A stretch of 60,000 nucleotides of DNA from Mobula hypostoma (lineage: Eukaryota), in assembly GCF_963921235.1 (NCBI RefSeq), contig NC_086097.1, positions 121,336,001 to 121,396,000 of the forward strand, in the 5' to 3' direction. Position numbers and translations under genes: made by a program. Positions 1-9,470 of the stretch are shown here, in pieces. The notes under the pieces are model-generated. The model was not told the DNA's origin. It searched no databases and worked only from the letters and a program-made list of their open reading frames with translations. Numbering within the stretch: position 1 is the first letter of the stretch; every line of letters starts with the position of its first letter.

Positions 1-391
1 TTATAATGATTTCCCAATGACTCAATTCCCTAGCCCTGACCAGGGATGTCCAGCCCCTATACCCTTCTATCCACCAACAAGAAGGCCTTAAAATTTTCCA
101 CTTCTTTCTTGAGAACAGACACATCTAGTTCCCCTCCTCCATCACCTTTTTTGCTGTCTGGTGGAACTGGTCCTAATCCTCTACAATTTCTCCTTCAGCT
201 CCTCCCAATTTCTCTGAACCCAAGGTGTAGCCTTGGGCACCTGCATAGGCCCAAGCTATGCTTGCCTTTTTGTTGGCTATACGGAACAGTCCGTGTTCCA
301 AGCCTTCCCTAGTAATTCTCCCTAACTTTTTCATGCTACATAGGTGATGCACCTTCAATTACTCCAAAAGACTGGAAGTAGGGTAAATACT

Positions 392-621
392 TGTGGTAAA
401 CCATGTTATATATGTTGTAACTCGGTTACCTGTCTGGACACACCCCTCTGCTGACTGCCCCTGTGGCTCCTCCCACAGTGTCCTGTATAAAGGTGTTCGC
501 CTTGCCCCTCTCCCTCAGTCCGGGGGCAGACACTCACTGTGGAGGTCGTATTGTACAGCGAATAAAAGCCTTTCAGTATTTTACCAAACCTCAGTCTTTT
601 GGAGTAATTGAAGGTGCTTCA
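392..621 (+). repeat. 5' LTR
   Basis: TGTGGTAAAC...GGTGCTTCA. TATA-like TATAAA at ~487-492, Inr-like TCAGT at ~515-519, AATAAA at 561-566. Confidence 0.95.
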
Positions 622-622
622 A

Positions 623-637
623 TTTTATTCGCTGTAC
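623..637 (+). promoter_or_regulatory. Atypical primer-binding site, complementary to the element's own LTR (553-567)
   Basis: TTTTATTCGCTGTAC is the exact reverse complement of GTACAGCGAATAAAA. There is no TGG-initiated tRNA PBS after the LTR. Confidence 0.7.
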
Positions 638-647
638 GTTTTAAAAC

Positions 648-1601
648 ATGGAACAGGCCCTGAGACCAGAAAAATTAGACCTCAATCCGCAAACACCTGA
701 AGCTGGAAACGCATTTGAACTCTGGCTGGCCTGCTTCGAAGCGTATCTAGAGGAGATTAAAGCGACCGACCCCGTAGCGAAGCGCAGAGTTCTACTCTCC
801 AGGGTCAGTCCACGGGTCTACTCGATGATCAGAGACCAGCCGAACTACGACGGTGCAATGAACACACTCAAAAGACAATACCTGCGGCCGATAAACAGCG
901 TCTATGCTCGCCACCGTTTAGCAACACGGCAACAACGCCCCGGGGAATCGAGTGCTGAGTTCGTCCAGGCCCTACGGACGCTCGTGCGAGCCTGCAATTG
1001 CCAGGAGCTGACGGTGGCACAGCATGCAGAACTCCTAGTGAGAGACGCCTTCGTCATGGGGACCAGGTCAGTGTACGTGTGCCAGCGGCTGCTGGAAAAA
1101 GCCGATCTTACCCTAAATTCGGCAATCGAGCTGGCTGATACGTTGGAGGCTGCTCTGCATAACTCCGAGGTTCTCCAGGCACGCGATCCCCCGATGGCCT
1201 CGTGGGCACCGCAGACCCCGCAACCCGCCGGCGAATCGACCTCGGCTGCCGCCAGTCGTGAGTCCGCGAAGTGCTACTTCTGCGGACTGGAGAAGCACCC
1301 CCGGAAATGCTGCGCGGCTCAACAAGCTACCTGCTCCAGCTGCGAAAAGAAGGGCCACTTCTCCAAGGTCTGTAAATCAAAACCGCGAGCGGGATCGAGC
1401 AGCGCCGCGTGCGAGACGTGGGGGTCGCCATCTTCCCTGCACGCCACCACCACGTGCGAGACGTGGGGGTTGCCATCTTGGCTGCCGCCATCTTCCCTGC
1501 ACGCCACCACCACATGCGAGACATGGGGGTCGCCATCTTGGCTGCCGCCATCTTCCCTGCACGCCACCACCACATGCGAGACATGGGGGCGGCCATCTTG
1601 A
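648..1601 (+). CDS. gag: Gypsy Gag with two CCHC zinc knuckles and a C-terminal tandem repeat
   Basis: 317-aa ORF starting 26 nt after the LTR. CYFCGLEKHPRKCC and CSSCEKKGHFSKVC both fit CX2CX4HX4C. Confidence 0.9.
   Translation: MEQALRPEKLDLNPQTPEAGNAFELWLACFEAYLEEIKATDPVAKRRVLLSRVSPRVYSMIRDQPNYDGAMNTLKRQYLRPINSVYARHRLATRQQRPGESSAEFVQALRTLVRACNCQELTVAQHAELLVRDAFVMGTRSVYVCQRLLEKADLTLNSAIELADTLEAALHNSEVLQARDPPMASWAPQTPQPAGESTSAAASRESAKCYFCGLEKHPRKCCAAQQATCSSCEKKGHFSKVCKSKPRAGSSSAACETWGSPSSLHATTTCETWGLPSWLPPSSLHATTTCETWGSPSWLPPSSLHATTTCETWGRPS
1409..1600 (+). repeat. In-frame 60-bp tandem repeat (first unit 45 bp) at the gag-pro junction
   Basis: Repeated tgcgagac.tgggggtcgccatcttggctgccgccatcttccctgcacgccaccaccac, encoding CETWGSPSWLPPSSLHATTT. 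Confidence 0.95.
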
Positions 1602-4600
1602 TCGGCGCCACCTCCCACTGCCTACGACCAACGGGTGCTCACGCGGCACCCCACCACGCCGGACCAAGACAGCGACCCCACCCTGGCTTCCGTGACCCTC
1701 GACCAAAGCGCTCCCCACCAGCTCGCAAGGTCAATGATGGACATCCTGGTGGAGGGGCACAGGACAAGCTGCCTGTTTGACACAGGCAGCACGGAGAGTT
1801 TTATCCACCCAGCCACGGTGCAGCATTGTGGACTCATGATATGGCCGGTAAGTCGGAGGGTCACCATGGCCTCCAGGTCGCATACAACAGACATCCGGGG
1901 GGGGGTTGTGTAGTGACACTAGTGGTGCAGGGCACAGAATATCGGGACTTTACGTTACTGGTCTTGCCTCAACTGTGTGCCCCTGTGCTGCTGGGGTTGG
2001 ACTTCCAGAGCTACCTGAAAAGCGTGACAATGAAGTATGATGGGCCCCTCCCGCCAATTACTGTCGTAAATCCCCTGTTTTGTAGAGATATGTCACGTAC
2101 TCCGCTACTGACCACACACACACACCGACCCGCGCATCCCACCCAACATCATGCCAACTGCCACACTACCGACACCACTTGCAGCCGCTCCACCCTCAGG
2201 ATCCCTCCCCCACCGTTGTTCGCCAACCTGACCCCCGACTGTAAACCCGTGGCAACTAAAAGCAGGAGGTACAGCGCGGGGGACAGAGCTTTCATTAAGT
2301 CAGAGGTGCACTGGCTGCTTAGGGAGGGGGTCATTGAAGCCAGCACAAGTCCTTGGAGGGCGCAGGTGGTGGTTGTTCAGAACGGGGAGAAGAATAGGAT
2401 GGTCGTGGACTATAGCCAGACCATCAATAGGTTCACGCAGCTCGACGCGTACCCTCTACCCCGCATCGCGGATGTGGTCAATCAGATAGCACAGTACAAG
2501 GTGTACTCGACCATAGACCTAAAATCCGCTTACCATCAGCTCCCCATCCGCCGGGAGGACCGCCCTTACACTGCCTCGAGGCGAACGGCAGGCTTTATCA
2601 ATTCCTGCGCGTCCCCTTTGGTGTCACGAATGGTGTATCTGTCTTCCAGAGGGCAAGGGACCGGATGGTGGACCAGTGCCAACTGAAGGCCACGTTCCCA
2701 TATCTGGATAACATCACCATCTGCAGTTACGACCAGCAGGATCACGACAACAACCTCCAAAAATTTCTCCAAGCGGCCAAATCTTTCAACCTCACCTATA
2801 ACAAGGACAAGTGTGTATTTGGGACCACCCGACTTGCTATCCTTGGGTGTGTCATGGAGAATGGAGTCATTGGCCCTGACCCCGACCGTATGCGCCCCTT
2901 GTTGGAACTCCCTCTTCCCAATACCCTCAGAGCCCTCAAAAGGTGCCTGGGCTTCTTTTCATATTACGCCCAATGGGTCTCTAACTATGCAGACAAGGCC
3001 CGCCCCCTGGTCAAGTCCACCACATTCCCCCTCTCTGCCGAGGCCCACGCGGCCTTCAACCGCATAAAAGGGGACAATGCCAAAGCAGCAATGCATGCGG
3101 TGGATGAGGCCATTCCCTTCCAAGTAGAGAGTGACGCCTCCGACTTTGCGCTGGCTGCTACCCTCAACCAGGCAGGAAGACCAGTGGCGTTCTTCTCCCG
3201 TACCCTTCAAGGCCCTGAAATTCGGCACTCTGCGGTAGAGAAAGAGGCCCAGGCCATAGTGGAAGCTATAAGGCACTGGAGGCACTATCTTGCCGGCAAA
3301 AGGTTCACCCTGCTAACTGACCAGCGCTCAGTCGCATTCATGTTTAATAATCAGCAGCGGAGCAAAATCAAAAATGATAAAATTCTGAGGTGGAGTATCG
3401 AACTCTCCACCTACAACTATGACATCATGTACAGGCCTGGGAAGCTCAACGAGCCCTCCGATGCCCTATCCCGGGGAACATGCGCCAGCGCGCAGATCAA
3501 CCGTCTATACGCCCTACATGTAGACCTTTGCCACCCGGGAGTCACCCGGCTTTTCCACTTCGTGAAAGCCCGGAACCTGCCTTACTCCCTTGAGGAGATC
3601 AGGATGATGACCAGGGACTGCCAAGTCTGCACAGAGTGCAAACCGCACTTCTACCGACCCGAAAAGGCACCACTCATCAAGGCCACCCACCCCTTTGAGC
3701 AACTGAGTGTTGACTTTAAGGGCCCCCTTCCCTCCACCGACCGCAATGTGTACTTTCTTAACGTAATTGACGATTACTCGCGGTTCCCCTTCGCCAACCC
3801 CTGCCCCGACACCACTACCACGTCAGTTATAAAAGCCCTGTGCAAGCTCTTCACTCTGTTCGGATACCCATGCTATATCCACAGTGATAGAGGGTCCTCG
3901 TTTATGAGTGACGAGCTGTGCCAATACCTACTGGCTAGGGGGATTGCAACCAGTAGGACCACGAGCTATAATCCCCGGGGGAATGGACAGGTAGAGGAGG
4001 AGAATGGCACAGTGTGGAAAGCCACACTCTTAGCCCTCAGGTCAAAGGGACTGCCGGTCTCCCGCTGGCAGGAGGTCCTTCCCGAGGCACTCCACTCCAT
4101 CCGCTCCCTGTTATGCACGTCCACCAATGCCACCCCTCATGAGCAGCTCTTTTCTTTTTGCAGAAAATTGACCACTGGAACCACCCTACCAACTTGGCTG
4201 ACGTCCCCGGGGCCAGTGCTGCTCCGGAAACATGCGAGGAGCAATAAATACTCCTCGATGGTGAAGAGGGTTCACTTACTTCATGCGAACCCCCAGTATG
4301 CCTACGCGGTTTTACCTGATGGGCGGGAGGACACGATCTCCATCCGCGACCTGGCGCCCGCAGGAGCTCCGGGCTCCTACCCTGAACACTCCGTGGTGAC
4401 TATTGACCCCGTACCCACCAATGTATGTACCTACGAGACACCATGCACCCTAAACGCTATACAGACACCACACGACACTCCCATACCGGGCGCGACGCCC
4501 ACGCACGAGGGATTACCGACGCCTAACGTGCTGGCACCTGAAGTCAGGCTGAAGCCAGCACAACCGCCATCGCCGGTGCAATCACCACCGGTGCTACGTA

Positions 4601-4644
4601 GATCACAGCGACGGACTCGACCGCCTGATAGACTTAACCTGTAA
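1602..4644 (+). pseudogene. pol: Gypsy pol (protease, RT, RNase H, integrase) with two frameshifts
   Basis: Protease LFDTGS is in the gag frame. RT: SPW...RMVVDY, YPLP, IDLKSAYHQ, YLDN. RNase H: SDASD, EKEA, TDQ. Integrase: HHCC (H..CHPG..CQVC), VDFKGP, SDRG, QVE. Frameshifts at the G9 run (1897-1905) and at ~2575. Confidence 0.93.
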
Positions 4645-4695
4645 ATATACTTCTTGTAAATATTGTCAGTCACTTCACCCCGCGGGACTCTTTTT

Positions 4696-4713
4696 AAAAA
4701 AAGGAGGGGTGAA
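4696..4713 (+). promoter_or_regulatory. Polypurine tract
   Basis: AAAAAAAGGAGGGGTGAA immediately before the 3' LTR. Confidence 0.85.
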
Positions 4714-4942
4714 TGTGGTAAACCATGAAAATATGTTGTAACTCGGTTACCTGTCTGGACACACCCCTCTGCTGACTGCTCCTGTGGCTCCTCCCACAGA
4801 GTCCTGTATAAAGGTGTTCGCCTTGCCCCTCCCCCTCAGTCCGGGGGCAGACACTCACTGTGGAGGTCGTATTGTACAGCGAATAAAAGTCTTTCAGTAT
4901 TTTACCAAACCTCAGTCTTTTGGAGTAATTGAAGGTGCTTCA
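4714..4942 (+). repeat. 3' LTR
   Basis: Near-identical to 392-621, with about 7 differences by eye including one indel. Confidence 0.95.
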
Positions 4943-5105
4943 ATACTAAAAGGCTTTTATTCGCAGTAAAATGTGACCTCCATGCTGAGTGTCTGCCCCT
5001 GGACTGAGGAAGAGGAGCAATGGCGAAATCGTCTTTATCCAGGGACTGTGGGAGGAGCCACAGGGGCAGTCAGCAGAGGGGCGTGTCCAGACAGGTAACC
5101 CAGTT

Positions 5106-5142
<37 letters not shown>

Positions 5143-5959
5143 TACCACAATAGGTGACTGCACTTAGTCCAAGTTCATCAGTCTCATCAACTTTGCCTTC
5201 CTCTTCCACCCTGCTCTTAAATTCACTTGGCCCATTTCTGGCCCATTTGTTTCATCTCCACAACATCTATTCCCAGGATGAGGCTTTTCCTTCCAGGACA
5301 TTAGAAATGTCCTCCTTCTTCAAAAGAAATAGGGTTTCCTTTCCACCAACATTGATGCTGCCCTCACCCGCGCCTCCTCCATTTCCCAGAGCTCCACGCT
5401 TTCCCCATCTTCCCGCCGCTTTAACAGGGGTAGAGTTCCCATTGTCCTCATATCCAAGACATCATTCTCTACAACTTCCACCATCATCAATGGGATCCTA
5501 CCACCAAACACATCTTTACCTCCCCCTACTTTCTGCTTACCCTAGGGATCATTCCCTCAGTGATTCTTGTCCATTTGTCCCATCTGCACTATTCTTCCTC
5601 CTCGGACATATCCCTGCAAGTGACAGAAATGCTACACCTGCCCATTCACCTTCTCCCTCACCTCCATTCGGGGCCCAAAGCAGTAGCTCCAGGTGAGGCA
5701 ACACTTCACCTGTGAATCTGTCGGGATTGTCTTCTGTATCCAATGCAGTCTCCTCTCCATTAGTGAGACCCGACATAAATTGAGAGACCACTCCAACTGC
5801 AGAAAACGGAATTTCCCAGTGGCCAGCCATTTTAATTTCTGTTCCCATTCCCATTCTGACATGTCGGTCCATGGCCTCCTCTTCTACCACAATGAGGCCA
5901 CTGTCAGGGTGGAGGAGCAACACCTCATCTTTTGTCTCCAACCTGATGGCTTGAACATT

Positions 5960-6440
5960 GAATCAGAATCAGGTTTATTATCACTGGCATGTGATGCGAA
6001 ATTTGTTAATTTAGCAGCAGCAGTTAAATGCAATACATAATCTAGCAGAGAGAGAGGGAGAGAAAAAAATAAAATAAAACATAATATTAAATAAACAAGT
6101 AAGTCAATTTATGTATATTGAATAGATTATTAAAAATGTGCAAAAAAAGAAATACTGTATATCAAAAAAAAAGTTCTGTCCAAAGCTTCAAAGTCCATTT
6201 AAGAATCGGATGGCAGAGGGGAAGAAGCCGTTCCTGAATCGCTGGCTATGTGCCTTCAGGCTTCTGTACTTCCTACCTGATGGTAACAGTGAGAAAAGGG
6301 CATGCCCTGGGTGCTGGAGGTCTTTAATAATGGACACTGCCTTTCTGAAACACTGTTCCCTAAAGATGTCCTGGGTACTTTGTAGGCTAGTGCCCAAGAT
6401 GGAGCTGACTAGATTTATAACCTTCTGCAGCTTCTTCCAG
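5960..6440 (-). mobile_element. Rex1/Babar-type LINE 3' fragment
   Basis: ORF 6188-6397 HPGHALFSLLPSGRKYRSL...RFRNGFFPSAIR, followed by an AATAAA+(TGATTC)n tail on the minus strand. Confidence 0.75.
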
Positions 6441-7464
6441 CATTTTTCCCCCTCCCCCTTGCATCTTCAACTGTTCCACACTTTGGCGTCTTACCCCTTC
6501 TCCTCATCTGCCTTTCACCTCCCACTGCCCTCCTCCTTCCCTTTCTCCCATGATCCACTCTTCCCTCTTGTCAGGTTCCTTCTTCTCCAACCCTTTGCAT
6601 TTTCCACCTATCACCTCCCAACTTAATACTTCATTCCGCTCTCCCCCACCCACCTGGCTTCATCTATCATCTTCTAGCTTGTCCTCCTTCCCCTCCCCCC
6701 ACCTTTATCCTGGCATTTTCCCCCTTCTTGTCCAGACATTAAGTAGGTCTCCACCCAAAACGCCGACTGTTTATTCATTTCCATCGCTGCTGCCTGACCT
6801 GCTGAGTTCCTCCAGCATTTTGTGAGTTGTCGCTCTGAATTTTCAGCATCTGCAGAATGCCTTGTGGCTTTATCATTTTTGTCCATTTCACCTACTAATT
6901 GCTGGTTCATTTAATATCACGTAGCTCAGAACATGATATCCAGCGCCTGTCCTTAATTTACAGCAGAAATTGAGTCAGCCTACCAGAGGGCAAAAGAAAT
7001 TACAGGAACAAATCATCCTAGTTCCAACAAAGGAAGAATGGAGAATATAAATACAGATTGCAGCTGAAGTATTTCTGCAGGTATTTCACAGGTTTTGCAG
7101 AGCTCAGCACTATTGAAACCTCGGTAGTCTTAAATTTCAAATAGTTCATCAGACTCAAACAATGGACTCATTGGTCCACCTGCTGGCAAGATAGTATTAT
7201 GGAACCAGTCGTCTGGTACAAGAAACTGGTATTTTATGTTTTGCATTGAGAGTGGAAAACTTGATTCTTTCTTCCTTAATCACTGACTCAAGATAAACAT
7301 TCCCATGCTTATTTCCATTATGGAACTGATAAGAGACAGTCCATATTTAATCATCAGGAGAATATGTACTTAATAAATCAGTATGAAGAATATTAACCGC
7401 AAGAAATAATTGGCAAAGAGCTGATATTGACTGCAGGAGGAAGAACCAGTCCTCATTTGGGTTC

Positions 7465-7590
7465 AGAGGTAGAAAGGGTCAGTAATTTTAAATTGTTTTG
7501 GGTATTGTTTCAGAGGGTCTGTCCTGGGACCAGCACCTAAGTGTCCTTACAAAGAAGGAACAATAGTGCCTCTACTTTCTTAGAAGTATG
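7465..7590 (+). mobile_element. Rex1-type LINE RT-downstream fragment
   Basis: Degenerate VERVSNFK..G....LSWDQH...KK.Q..LYFLRS. Confidence 0.55.
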
Positions 7591-8245
7591 GGTGGATTCG
7601 GGTGTTCCAGTTTCCTCCTGCAACGCTGTACAGTTGAGGATTAATAGATTGTAGGCATGATATGTGGGTGCTGGAAGCAAGACGATACTTGCAGGCTACC
7701 CCAGCACACCCTCAGACTGTGTTGGTGACCAACACAAATGGCTCATTCTACTGTGAGTTTGTATGTTTCGACATACAGTTGAAAAGTAAAGCATATCTTT
7801 TTTAAATAACAGTACTTAATGATATCTGAAACAGGATAAAGCACTGGAGTCCTGGATTCAGCTAGAGTATGATAAGACAGGAATTTTAAAAGTTTAGGTC
7901 TGCTGAACTTGAGAAAGTTTTATTATATCAGTATAAGATCATATTGGTGCAATAGACGTATTTTGATGACCGCAAAAATTTGTCGCACATTTGACTGGGC
8001 ATTTTTTATATGTGTGTAATTGATGTTCCCACTTTTTTAATATCTTCCCAGAGTGATTCTATGTATTATACTTGGCTGTTCTGTACTCTGTAACATGATT
8101 GAGGTTCATAGAATGCAAGAGAAACTGGGGGTGTCTGACACGTATCCAAACTGCTGATTTTGAACACAGTGACTTCCTAAGCCAGGCTGAATTTATTGCT
8201 CCGTTAAAATACATGGATTGGAGCAGAAGGATTTGGAAAAGGACA

Positions 8246-8370
8246 ATGAACACCAGAGATTCTGCAGATGCTGGAAATCCAGAGAACACACACAAACTGC
8301 TGGAGGAACTCATCAGGTCAGGCAACATCTACGAACAGTTGACATTTCAAACTGAGACCCTTTATCAGCA
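8246..8370 (-). mobile_element. PLE terminal fragment
   Basis: gattctgcagatgctggaaatcc...ctggaggaactc, shared with the other PLE ends. Confidence 0.7.
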
Positions 8371-8694
8371 ATTTAACAGATTAGTATACAGCTCAACAAA
8401 ATGCTTGCAAATGGTGGCAGCATCAACAGATGCAAATTCTTTTCCTTTGCTTGTTATTTCAGAATAAATATGAATGGATGTTCTAATTTTTTTATCTTTA
8501 AGAAGTCTTGTTAGCTAACTATTATTGCTAACTATGTAAGAAAGCTAATGTTTTTGTAATGTGGAAGTATATTCCTATGTAAGGTTAGATTTTCAGAGCT
8601 AGAGTGTACAGCAAGTGGATGTAAAATCCTCCATAGTTGGTAGTTACTTCCAGTAACATCACAGCTAATCCAAGAAGGCCCCTTGTCCTACATT

Positions 8695-9470
8695 AAAGTT
8701 TAAAGTTCGAAGTTCAAAGTAAATTTATTATCAAAGAACCGTATATGTCACCTTATACTACCTTGAGATTAATTTTCTTGCAGGCATTCACAGGAAAATA
8801 AAGAAGTACAATAGAATTTATGAAAAGCTGTAAATTATAAAGCCTGACAAACAGCCAATGTGCAAAAGAAGACAAATCATGCAAATAATAACAAAAACAT
8901 AAATAAATAATACTGAGAACATGAATTGTAGAGTCCTTGAAAGTGAGTTTATAGATTGTGGAGTCAATTCAGCATTGAGGTTAGTGAGGTTATCCATACT
9001 GGTTCAGAAGCCTAACGGTTGAAGGGTAATAGCTGTTCTTGAACCTGGTGGAGTGGGGCCTAAGGTTCCTGTTCATTATGATCTGTGTTATATGACATGG
9101 GCTTTCCATGACCATGATTGTCCTTGGCAAATTTTCTACAGAAGTGGTTTACCATTGCCTTCTTCTGGGCAGTGTCTTTCCAAGACGGGTGACCCCAGCC
9201 ATTATCTATACTCTTCAGAGATTGTCTGCCTGGCATCAGTGGTCACATAACTAGAACCTAGAGCTTGTGGTATGCACCAGCTGTTCATACAATCTTCCAC
9301 CACCTGCAGCCATGGCTTCGTGTGACCCTGATCTGGGGGAGGTGCTAAGTGGGTGTTACTCCTTGCCCAAGGGTAACCTGTAGGCTAACGGGGGGATGGA
9401 GCACTTTACACCTCCTTTGGCAGAGATGCATCTTCACCCTCCCACCCAAAGGGTTCCTGTATCTCCTCTA
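8695..9470 (-). mobile_element. Rex1-type LINE 3' end interrupted by a SINE
   Basis: (aagttc)n-aaatttattatc tail and gttcttgaacctggtgg motif. The same unit recurs at ~15830-16260 and ~45575-46250. Confidence 0.6.
9073..9449 (-). mobile_element. SINE-like element with RTE/BovB-type motif
   Basis: Minus-strand GAAGGCAATGGTAAACCACT motif typical of RTE-associated repeats. Flanked by direct repeat GGTTCCTGT (9064-9072, 9452-9460). Confidence 0.6.

Larger units (their letters stand above)
392..4942 (+). mobile_element. Near full-length Ty3/Gypsy LTR retrotransposon
   Basis: Two ~230-bp TG...CA direct LTRs, a 5-bp TSD ATACT (387-391, 4943-4947), a polypurine tract, and domain order gag-PR-RT-RH-INT. 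Confidence 0.97.
345..5149 (-). mobile_element. Solo LTR of a sister Gypsy family, split into 345-386 and 4948-5149 by the full-length element
   Basis: The reverse complement reads TGTGGTAAAC...GAAGGTGCATCA and is homologous to the LTRs at 392-621 and 4714-4942. It is flanked by the 5-bp TSD ATAGG (340-344, 5150-5154) and has an internal (AT)n expansion at 5110-5139. Confidence 0.9.
60..6860 (+). mobile_element. Degraded Penelope-like retroelement (RT + GIY-YIG endonuclease + terminal repeat), interrupted by LTR insertions (345-5149) and a Rex1-type fragment (~5960-6440)
   Basis: 230-300 translates to GT.IGPSYACLFVGYTEQSVFQA (PLE RT motif). A Y-I-(D/G)-D-C motif is split at the insertion (tacatagg|tgactgc). 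ORF 5693-6040 RQHFTCESVGIVFCIQC..ISET is GIY-YIG-like. A PLE terminal motif ctgctgagttcctccagc lies at ~6800. Outer boundaries approximate. Confidence 0.8.

Noticed and set aside
1409..1600. Short direct repeats resembling a CRISPR array
   Set aside because: Contiguous tandem units with no unique spacers, inside the gag ORF, in eukaryotic context with no cas genes.
1113..3702. Overlapping alternative-frame and antisense ORFs in the Gypsy element
   Set aside because: Expected by-products of GC-rich coding sequence and the tandem repeat; no recognisable domains.
345..5149. Inverted or split terminal repeats suggesting a DIRS/tyrosine-recombinase element
   Set aside because: A DDE integrase is present, and two independent 5-bp TSDs fully explain the layout as nested LTR insertions.
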